Origin: an uncultured Gammaproteobacteria bacterium
GTDB taxonomy: Bacteria; Patescibacteriota; Patescibacteriia; VMEV01; CAYQCH01
Length of the DNA stretch: 62,758 bases
Direction of reading: 5' to 3'
Assembly: GCA_964352335.1 (NCBI GenBank)
Contig: CAYGRO010000008.1
Location: forward strand, 1 to 62,758
Part shown: positions 20,005 to 27,207 of the stretch, in pieces
Numbering within the stretch: position 1 is the first letter of the stretch
How the letters are laid out: the number at the start of each line of letters is the position of its first letter
Position numbers and translations under genes: made by a program
Notes under the pieces: generated by a model
What the model saw: the letters and a program-made list of their open reading frames with translations, nothing else
Databases searched by the model: none
Told to the model about the DNA's origin: nothing

Positions 20005-20089
20005 TGGTACCCGGGGCGGGACTCGAACCCGCACGTCCAATGGACACAAGATTTTAAGTCTTGAGCGTCTACCATTCCGCCACCCGGGC
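20005..20089 (-). tRNA. tRNA-Leu (anticodon UAA), CCA encoded
   Basis: Folded by hand: acceptor gcccggg/cccgggt, anticodon stem caaga/tcttg with loop ctTAAaa, a long variable arm, T arm gcggg-ttcgagt-cccgc. Confidence 0.92.
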
Positions 20090-20096
20090 TTGTGTT

Positions 20097-20128
20097 ACAA
20101 CTAACCTTTGACAACTAACAACTGACTT
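20097..20128. repeat. Left 32-bp inverted repeat flanking the four-helix-bundle gene
   Basis: acaactaacctttgacaactaacaactgactt. 29 of 32 positions are complementary to 20528-20559. Confidence 0.85.
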
Positions 20129-20130
20129 GA

Positions 20131-20505
20131 CTACTGACTACTCTTTAAGAGGTGTTTTCTGAAAGCTGAGAGTTGGTCAATTATTTTAGTGGCTTTTGTA
20201 AGATAGATAATGTGCACTTGTGTGTCAATGTATTTTAGATCAAGCGCGACATCTAAACAGGCAATTACTTCATTAAGTGAAGTTAATGACCTATTGAGAA
20301 ATAACGCAAAGTCTTTATCGGTAGACCTATCTGCTCCTTCAGCAATATTGAGCACAACTGATAACGTAGCCCGCTCTATTTGAGAACCAAGAATATATCT
20401 TTCATCTACAGGAAATTTTGATTTACTCAATTTTTTAATCTGCTTTAGGAAAACCCTCGCATTTTTGTAAACAGGAAAGTCTCTAAACCGCAAAGAAGTA
20501 CTCAT
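20131..20505 (-). CDS. four-helix-bundle protein (23S rRNA intervening-sequence protein family)
   Basis: 124-aa ORF with the family pattern FPVYKNARVF ... QIERATLSVVLNIAEGADRSTDKDFALFLNRSLTSLNEV. Confidence 0.85.
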   Translation of the reverse strand: MSTSLRFRDFPVYKNARVFLKQIKKLSKSKFPVDERYILGSQIERATLSVVLNIAEGADRSTDKDFALFLNRSLTSLNEVIACLDVALDLKYIDTQVHIIYLTKATKIIDQLSAFRKHLLKSSQ

Positions 20506-20527
20506 ACATCCTTGGGACAGATTATAA

Positions 20528-20559
20528 AAGTCAGTTGTCAGGCGTCAAAGGTTAGTTGT
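20528..20559. repeat. Right 32-bp inverted repeat flanking the four-helix-bundle gene
   Basis: aagtcagttgtcaggcgtcaaaggttagttgt, the reverse-complement partner of 20097-20128. Confidence 0.85.
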
Positions 20560-20578
20560 TCAATATTCAAATCTCCAA

Positions 20579-20653
20579 TGGGGTGCCTAGAGGGAATTGA
20601 ACCCTCGATAAAGGCACCACAAGCCTCTGTGTTACCACTACACCATAGGCACC
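20579..20653 (-). tRNA. tRNA-His (anticodon GUG) with encoded G-1 and CCA
   Basis: Folded by hand: acceptor gtgccta/taggcac, D arm gtgt/acac, anticodon loop ttGTGgt, T arm gaggg-ttcaatt-ccctc. An extra 5' G lies opposite discriminator C. Confidence 0.9.
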
Positions 20654-20824
20654 CCGCTAGAGATTTATAAACAAAAGCCCTGCCCTTTTGCTCTGCAGCA
20701 AAATTGAACAGAGATCATGTGCAGATACTATAATCAGTTTTTTGATTTGAGTCAATATCAAAGTAGAAAGCCCCATCATAGACGACAAGGCTCTCTTGTC
20801 CATCCGATTTGGGGCACTAGAACG

Positions 20825-21238
20825 TTACGCACCTTTAATCCAGAGGCTAACCATGGGGGTTCCCTTTGCCTTAGGCGAAATACGGATGAGTCTCTCGGTC
20901 TGAAGCTTTCGAAGATAGTGCTTGATCAGCGACTCTTCGAGCCCCATATCTCTGGCGAGCTTTGCAACGGACCTATCGCCGTCATGCGTTAGAAAACGCA
21001 AGATCTCGCATGCGGTATGGCCGTTCACGTCAACGGCCCTCGCGCCTTGTTTCTTGACCCGTGCATGTTCGTCGTCGATGTGGTCGTGGCTAGTGAGCAA
21101 TTCCTTGACGTACGGAAGTTCATCAAGGTGATCACTGCAGTAGGGTTTTTGTTCGCTTGGTCTTTTAGCACACCCAGAGTGTGAACACCGCCCTGAACGA
21201 CGACGCCCTTCTTCTCTAGGAATCTCAAGATATCGCAT
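20825..21238 (-). CDS. hypothetical DNA-binding-like protein (Cys/His motif plus C-terminal winged-helix-like region; cassette F)
   Basis: 137-aa GC-elevated ORF with CSHSGCAKRPSEQKPYCSDH near the N-terminus. The C-terminal LARDMGLEESLIKHYLRKLQTERLI resembles a wHTH recognition region. Confidence 0.55.
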   Translation of the reverse strand: MRYLEIPREEGRRRSGRCSHSGCAKRPSEQKPYCSDHLDELPYVKELLTSHDHIDDEHARVKKQGARAVDVNGHTACEILRFLTHDGDRSVAKLARDMGLEESLIKHYLRKLQTERLIRISPKAKGTPMVSLWIKGA

Positions 21239-21341
21239 GAGGATCACTCTCTTTCCTGTTAGAATACCGATCCAGAATTACCAAGTAGATTATACCAAAT
21301 AATTCTCAACCTCCCTCTTCGCTTTTACAAACGAAGAGGGA

Positions 21342-21761
21342 TTAGTCCTCTGAATAGTAGAGCTGGTTGTTTTTGAAAACGAAGAAGCGCTGTTCTGGCC
21401 ACGCTTGCGAACGCCTCTTCCATTGAAGGAGAAAAAACAACTGGTAATCTAGTTGAAAGTGCCTCGCCAGTTTCATCTGGTAGGCGCCACTGTGTAAACT
21501 ACCAAGGTCAATCCCTTCTTGCGTATAGATATCAAACCCGTTTCCAGGCAAATCCACAGAACGCAAGGCAGTGACTTTACTCATCTCTAGAGGAAAACGG
21601 AATTGCAAAATGAACGCTTGCTCATCTACGAACCATCTCCCTACCATGCCCTCTCCCAGCTCGACCTCATGCCAGTTGGCTGGGTCTTGTTGAGGAGGAA
21701 GTGAAGAACACCCCATCGCCGATACAACGACGAGGAGAAAAAGAGTCGTGATCCGACGCAT
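21342..21761 (-). CDS. hypothetical lipoprotein (cassette G)
   Basis: 139-aa ORF with the signal peptide and lipobox LLVVVSAMGC. Confidence 0.6.
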   Translation of the reverse strand: MRRITTLFLLVVVSAMGCSSLPPQQDPANWHEVELGEGMVGRWFVDEQAFILQFRFPLEMSKVTALRSVDLPGNGFDIYTQEGIDLGSLHSGAYQMKLARHFQLDYQLFFLLQWKRRSQAWPEQRFFVFKNNQLYYSED

Positions 21762-21905
21762 AATCGCTCCTTATGTTGTTTGGCGAGTAGTATTTTATAG
21801 CAAGAAAAAAGTTACAAGTCAATGAAGTAGTCATTTACCTCCCCTGCCTACCTTCTAAAGCTAATGAAGGGGCAAAGAAAAGTATGTAAAATAAAAAAAA
21901 CCTTG

Positions 21906-21979
21906 TGTACCCAGATGGAATCGAACCATCAACCTACAGCTTAGAAGGCTGTTGCTCTATCCAATTGAGCTATGGGTAC
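21906..21979 (-). tRNA. tRNA-Arg (anticodon UCU)
   Basis: Folded by hand: acceptor gtaccca/tgggtac, D arm gctc/gagc, anticodon stem acagc/gctgt with loop ctTCTaa, T arm gatgg-ttcgatt-ccatc. CCA is not encoded. Confidence 0.9.
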
Positions 21980-22075
21980 ACAAGGTTTTCTTTTTGTATA
22001 ATGTGCAATCTAACTTTCACAACAAAGATAATAAATGCTTGTTGTATTGAAATCTATTCTAACCACACTCTTGTT

Positions 22076-22137
22076 GCTTAGAAGCCTGCCTGCCGGCAGG
22101 CAGGGCTGTTGCTCTATCCGATTGAGCTATGGGTACA
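22076..22137 (-). pseudogene. tRNA-Arg(UCU) 5'-half pseudogene interrupted by a 20-bp palindrome
   Basis: Copy of tRNA positions 1 to about 40 (one substitution) with cctgcctgccggcaggcagg (22085-22104) inserted between the anticodon stem and loop. No variable region, T arm or 3' acceptor strand follows. Confidence 0.8.
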
Positions 22138-22254
22138 CAAGAGATTCAATTTGTATGCCACCCAGTTTCCTGGAAAAGACAGTATTCAATCTGTATCAAA
22201 AAGGCTGGTGAACCAGCCTGTAGAGAATGTATCGAACTTTTTGGCTTGGGTCAA

Positions 22255-23766
22255 CTATTCTGACTTTTTCTCTTTTCTTGCTTGTTCCTTTTTCTCAGTT
22301 TGCTCATTCACTTTTTTAGCTTCTTCTTTGACTCCTTCGTCTTGCCTACTTAATGCCAAAGCCATCGCTTTATCGTTTTTAACTGGGAAATTAATCGCCA
22401 TTTGGGTTCCAACATCTTTAATACTATCGACTAAAATTTCCCCTTGCATTAATTCAATCAATTGTTTGGTAATCCATAAACCAAGACCAGTTCCTTTAAT
22501 ATGTTCGGTTTGTTCTGTTTTAACGCGGTAGAATTTTGTAAATAATCGTTCACGTTGTTTTTGGGTCATTCCTAAACCAGTATCTGCGCATTTTATTTCG
22601 ATGATATTTTCTTCTGGTTTATAAATGGTTGTAATTGTCACAGAACCCTTTGGAGTATATTTAATTGAATTACCAATAATATTTACCAAAATTTGTTTTA
22701 AGCGCCCCGCATCTAATAAGAGTTTTGGTAATGGTTCACTTGGTTTTTCGTAGACAAATTGTAAGTTATTTTGATCAGCTTGAACTTTTAATTCAGCCAT
22801 TACTTGTTCAATAACTGGCTCAACTTGCAAAATTTCATAATTGATTGTTAAACGACCTTGTTCAATACGAGAGACATTTAATAAATCTTCAACAAGATCA
22901 TTTAATCGATCGGCAGAACCAAGCATCATGGCAACTTTTTCATGAGCAAGATCAGGAATTTCTCCTAAGGAACCCTCATTCATCATCGATAAATATCCAC
23001 GCAAACTCGTAATCGGAGTACGTAATTCATGAGAAGCCATTGAAATGAACTCATCTTTAAGTTGTTCTACTTCTTTTAATTTTTTTGCAAGAACCGCGTA
23101 TTGGAATAACCGTGTATTTGCAATCAATAATAACATCACAATAACAACAGCCAGTGTCAAAATAAGATAAGACCGAATCAATGTTTGCCGAACAAGTTGA
23201 TCGACAATATCTAAAGACATATTCAAATTTAACAAAGCTTTTTTCTCTCCATCTACCCCAATAAGTGGAATTGTCACCGACCAAAACCGTTCTTGTAAAT
23301 CATCAAATAAACGTGTCGCCAATGGGTCATCTTGGCTCAATACGGAAGCATTTGTTAAGTTAGCAATTGCTTGTTTCTGATGCCAAGCAATAACATTAAT
23401 AAGCACATCTGTTTTTTGATCTATTTTTTGCTCCTGTAAACTTGCAATATATCTAAAATCTTCACCATCTGGAATTAAAATATCTGCAATACGAATATCG
23501 GGATTCAATTCAGCTACTCGCTCTAAAGAAACTTGTAACTTTTCTATATCATCTAAATCTTCTTGCAAAGCACCATTAAATACTTCAGCTAAACTTAAGG
23601 CTTGTCTTTGTAATTGAATATCAATATTCCCCTTAAACGAATTGGTAATCCATACAGTATTTGCAACGATGGCAGACGGAATTAAAATAATTAAAAGAAC
23701 AGCATAGATAATTTGCCAATACCTTTTTAACTCTCTGATATTTTCTTTTATATTTATTTTGGGCAT
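22255..23766 (-). CDS. sensor histidine kinase (orphan)
   Basis: 503-aa ORF with an N-terminal TM, the H-box SHELRTPITSLRGY, the HATPase motifs NSIKYT and GTGLGL, and a Lys/Glu-rich C-terminal tail. Confidence 0.9.
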   Translation of the reverse strand: MPKINIKENIRELKRYWQIIYAVLLIILIPSAIVANTVWITNSFKGNIDIQLQRQALSLAEVFNGALQEDLDDIEKLQVSLERVAELNPDIRIADILIPDGEDFRYIASLQEQKIDQKTDVLINVIAWHQKQAIANLTNASVLSQDDPLATRLFDDLQERFWSVTIPLIGVDGEKKALLNLNMSLDIVDQLVRQTLIRSYLILTLAVVIVMLLLIANTRLFQYAVLAKKLKEVEQLKDEFISMASHELRTPITSLRGYLSMMNEGSLGEIPDLAHEKVAMMLGSADRLNDLVEDLLNVSRIEQGRLTINYEILQVEPVIEQVMAELKVQADQNNLQFVYEKPSEPLPKLLLDAGRLKQILVNIIGNSIKYTPKGSVTITTIYKPEENIIEIKCADTGLGMTQKQRERLFTKFYRVKTEQTEHIKGTGLGLWITKQLIELMQGEILVDSIKDVGTQMAINFPVKNDKAMALALSRQDEGVKEEAKKVNEQTEKKEQARKEKKSE

Positions 23767-23786
23767 GCGGTTTAGAGTTTCCCAAA

Positions 23787-23888
23787 TACCTCACCCCGGC
23801 CCTCTCCTACATAGGAGAGGGAGGTATGGATATTAGAAATTTTTTGATACTTCCCCCTCTTAGGATAGGAGGGGGTTAGGGGGAGGTA
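23787..23888. repeat. MITE-like nested-palindrome element, family 2, copy 1
   Basis: Termini tacctcacccc / gggggaggta. Internal hairpins are cctctcct-acat-aggagagg and ccccctct..aggaggggg. Confidence 0.6.
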
Positions 23889-23891
23889 ATT

Positions 23892-26800
23892 TTAGCTAAA
23901 TCCTTTTTGAGCTCTTAAGTAGTAGAAGAACATTACACCACCTAGTAAAACGATTAGTAGCCCACCTACTAAATAATAGGCTAAGAAAATATTCGAATCA
24001 TCTTGTACTGTTAAATTTGCATTTAAGAAATCTTCTTCATTTACCGCTTTCGCTTCTTGCACGAAGAAACTTAGGGCACGAGACTTCTTTACAATCTTCC
24101 CAGTATCATTAGTAACGGTTGCATAAACATCATGTTTACCGTCTACCAATGGATGAGTAAAGTCATACTCCCAATCACCACTTTGATTTGCTTGTACAGT
24201 TACTACCACTGGTAATGATGAGTAGATATATAGAGTAACAAAACTATTCGGCTCGGCTTTTCCACGAATATTTAAGTTTGATTCATTTTCTAATACATCT
24301 AATGATGTTACTCCATCTACCGTAATGGTTTCTGCTATAACCCCAGCAAACCTTGGTTGATCTAATGGGCGATTATTTAAAATCGCGATATCTGTTGGCG
24401 CTGTTGTTATTGATAATAATCCAGGACCATTAGGGTTAAATCCATTTTTGACTTCTTCCCCATCTGTAAATCCATCATCGTCAGAATCGGGATTATTTGG
24501 ATCTGAACCATAACGTAATTCAGCATCATCAGATAAACCATCTCCGTCTTTGTCGATAACAAGTACAGCGTCTACTGTTTGTTCCACAAAACGTCGAATA
24601 TTTGCGGGTGGTTTTGTAGATGGTGAGATTAAGAAATTACTTTGTCTTGCTAATTTAGGATTAATTGGCAAGATTTCAGATAATGGTTGAGAGAGATTTT
24701 TTTGTGCTTGACCTGGTTTACTAAAATCTCTTTCTGTTGATGTTCCATCATTAAATTCAATATGACGAGAAACAATATCATTCAATTGACCAGCAACAGC
24801 CTCTTGTTCTCCTTCATCTAAGATACGAATAGAACGAGTCGTTAAATATTCTTTACATTCAGCTTCAGTTTTAATACCAACAACCTGACATTCAATTGCA
24901 ATCTGTAATACTTGCCCATTTGAATCTACATTTTCTAAAACCTGTGTAGGAATTATTTCTTCTGGCCGAGGTTCTGTTAATGGAGTTGAAGGTGTTGGTG
25001 CTTGAATAATAACTGGAGCTGTTTCAGCAACTAAGTTAAATGTTCTATTTGGTAATGTTGCTTGTTGCCCACCTTCTGTTACGATATTAGTTTTCAAAAT
25101 TACAGCACCAGCTTGAATACCAGCAGTATTCCAAGTAGCTTCATAGAGATTTTTTGCTTGATTGAATTTACCAGTAACAATTTTTGTACCATTAGCAGCT
25201 GTTTGTAAATTAAATGTTACCGACTTAATTGCCCCACTAATTTGTGCTTGAATCAAGACAATTCCACTTGTTGATTGTCCATTGGTTGGTCGCACAATGC
25301 TTCCACCAGTAAAGACATTTTCTTCTACAGGTGCAGGATTATTAATTGTCACGGTAATAGGCCCTGCATTTAATGTAGCACCGTCGTCTTGTGCAGTTGT
25401 TACCATTCGCAATGAATAACTTCCATTTAGGTGTTTTGTTGTATCTAAAAGATAATGCCAGATGCTATTTCCATTATGTTGAACTGGTTTAAACGCTTTC
25501 GTGCTAATACCTGCTAAAACATTTTGACCCGCAGTATTTACGAGTAAAACTGTTGGCTCAGCAATAGCTTCACTTCCAGTCATGATAACGAGAGAATTTG
25601 ATCCTTGTAATGATGTATTCACGGCTGGCTGTGTAATCGTCAAACTCGCAGGAGCATTTGGTGGTACCGGCGCTTCATTTGTACAGATAGCAGAACACCC
25701 ATCTCCACTCACATTATTCCCATCGTCACATTGTTCACCTGTATTAAGCGTTCCATTTCCACAAGAAGTTGGTGGCGTTGGAGCGGGATTTACTATAAGA
25801 CTAAATGTTTTTGTGGCTGTTCGATTAGCAGAATCTGTAACAGTAAAAGAAAGATTATATGAACCTACTGTTGTTGGAATACCTGTAATCGCACCCGTAT
25901 TTCCATTGATTGAAAGTGATGGTGGAAGAGCAAATCCAGAGGTAACAGACCAAACAAGTGGTGTTGTTCCTCCAGTTGCAGAAATTGTTTGACTATAAGC
26001 AATACCAAGCTGAGCTGATGGTAAAGTATTTGTGGTAATTACTGGTGGTGTCCCAGTTGCTTGGTTATTGATTGTGAATCCAACAACATCACTGAAGACT
26101 GTTTCTCCATTAATGGTTCCGAAAAGAATCACAGAATAGTCTCCATTTGGGTAGGTTGTGGAGTCGAAAGAAGATTGGAAACTAATAGAATCTCCAGATG
26201 AATTCACAGCAGAAATTATATCTTGTGCTGATGAAGCCCCAGGTGTTATTTGAAAGTTAACATTACTAGCTACAGAAGAAGAACTTCCGGTAAATGAAAC
26301 ATTCGTTCCAGAAACAATTTGACCCTGATCAGGATTACTCAATGAAAATGTGCCTTGAATGGCAGTGGTATTTTGAACATTTACCTGAATAGAAGTGCTC
26401 GATGTTTCTTCACCGTTTAAACTTGCAACACCAACAATTGTGTAAGCACCATCAGGCAAAACTGTTGAATCTAAACTATGTGTCCACTCATCTCCTTGTG
26501 AAGCATTACCTTGAAATTCTTGAACAGAACCTGATTGAGAAGTAAATCGAAACAAAACAGATTGAGGAGCAGGATTGACGGCAACTGTTAGATCTTGATT
26601 TCCAGTGATGGTAGAATTTGCTGAAGGTGACCGCCAAATCACATCTAACACAACTCCAGACAGAACAACTATTGTTGTAGATTGAGTTACCTGACTACCG
26701 GTTTGAGGATTTACAGCAATCGCATCGATTTTGTAATCAGCAGCTTCAGTGAGTAAAATTGAAGACGTAAAATTAGTAAATGTAGGGTCTACATCCGCAT

Positions 26801-27077
26801 TTTTTGTAACAACTACACCACTTGTCTGATTTGTGATAACAAAGCTCAGTTGCGTCACGGGTGAAGCAGTAGTAGCTGATAAACTGACTATGTCACCTTG
26901 TTGAAACGTTTGTGAGGCAGAAGGTGAATTGATCGTAATAAAAGGTGCTGTTTGAGCTGCTGTAATTCCAGCAGAAGCCAATAAAAGAACAGCTGAATGG
27001 AACATTAATGTTAGTGAAACTAAAAATGCTCCCCAAAAACCGATATGAAAATTATAGATATGATGTCTACCCCTCAT
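23892..27077 (-). CDS. large cell-surface protein (Ig-like repeats, Cys-rich repeat, TSP3-type Ca-binding repeats, C-terminal TM anchor)
   Basis: 1061-aa low-GC ORF with a signal peptide, repeated beta-sandwich-like segments, CGNGTLNTGEQCDDGNNVSGDGCSAIC, DKDGDGLSDDAELRYGSDPNNPDSDDDGFTDGEE and a C-terminal hydrophobic helix. Confidence 0.8.
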   Translation of the reverse strand: MRGRHHIYNFHIGFWGAFLVSLTLMFHSAVLLLASAGITAAQTAPFITINSPSASQTFQQGDIVSLSATTASPVTQLSFVITNQTSGVVVTKNADVDPTFTNFTSSILLTEAADYKIDAIAVNPQTGSQVTQSTTIVVLSGVVLDVIWRSPSANSTITGNQDLTVAVNPAPQSVLFRFTSQSGSVQEFQGNASQGDEWTHSLDSTVLPDGAYTIVGVASLNGEETSSTSIQVNVQNTTAIQGTFSLSNPDQGQIVSGTNVSFTGSSSSVASNVNFQITPGASSAQDIISAVNSSGDSISFQSSFDSTTYPNGDYSVILFGTINGETVFSDVVGFTINNQATGTPPVITTNTLPSAQLGIAYSQTISATGGTTPLVWSVTSGFALPPSLSINGNTGAITGIPTTVGSYNLSFTVTDSANRTATKTFSLIVNPAPTPPTSCGNGTLNTGEQCDDGNNVSGDGCSAICTNEAPVPPNAPASLTITQPAVNTSLQGSNSLVIMTGSEAIAEPTVLLVNTAGQNVLAGISTKAFKPVQHNGNSIWHYLLDTTKHLNGSYSLRMVTTAQDDGATLNAGPITVTINNPAPVEENVFTGGSIVRPTNGQSTSGIVLIQAQISGAIKSVTFNLQTAANGTKIVTGKFNQAKNLYEATWNTAGIQAGAVILKTNIVTEGGQQATLPNRTFNLVAETAPVIIQAPTPSTPLTEPRPEEIIPTQVLENVDSNGQVLQIAIECQVVGIKTEAECKEYLTTRSIRILDEGEQEAVAGQLNDIVSRHIEFNDGTSTERDFSKPGQAQKNLSQPLSEILPINPKLARQSNFLISPSTKPPANIRRFVEQTVDAVLVIDKDGDGLSDDAELRYGSDPNNPDSDDDGFTDGEEVKNGFNPNGPGLLSITTAPTDIAILNNRPLDQPRFAGVIAETITVDGVTSLDVLENESNLNIRGKAEPNSFVTLYIYSSLPVVVTVQANQSGDWEYDFTHPLVDGKHDVYATVTNDTGKIVKKSRALSFFVQEAKAVNEEDFLNANLTVQDDSNIFLAYYLVGGLLIVLLGGVMFFYYLRAQKGFS

Positions 27078-27141
27078 AAGATAAATAAGTCAAGATAAGT
27101 ATTTATATTATAACATAAAAATTAAAACTCATGGAAATGAA

Positions 27142-27172
27142 GAAGCCCAACCGTTAATGCCGGTTGGGCTTC
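27142..27172 (-). terminator. Hairpin terminator of cassette H
   Basis: 12-bp stem gaagcccaaccg/cggttgggcttc. Confidence 0.5.
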
Positions 27173-27207
27173 GAATGTTTTACATGCCTGGAGAGGCATG
27201 CCCACGG

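Larger units (their letters stand above)
18018..20027. mobile_element. GC-rich tRNA-Leu-associated insertion (integrative-element remnant?) lacking an integrase
   Basis: About 1.95 kb of high-GC DNA lies between an intact tRNA-Leu and a duplicated 23-bp tRNA 3' end. It holds only short, overlapping or frameshifted ORFs. An internal 20-nt direct repeat ttgggcaaccggYgggcaac sits at 18160 and 19941. Confidence 0.55.

Noticed and set aside
22109-22531. 140-aa plus-strand ORF
   Set aside because: It starts inside the tRNA-Arg pseudogene and runs antisense through the 3' end of the histidine kinase gene. The translation is low-complexity.
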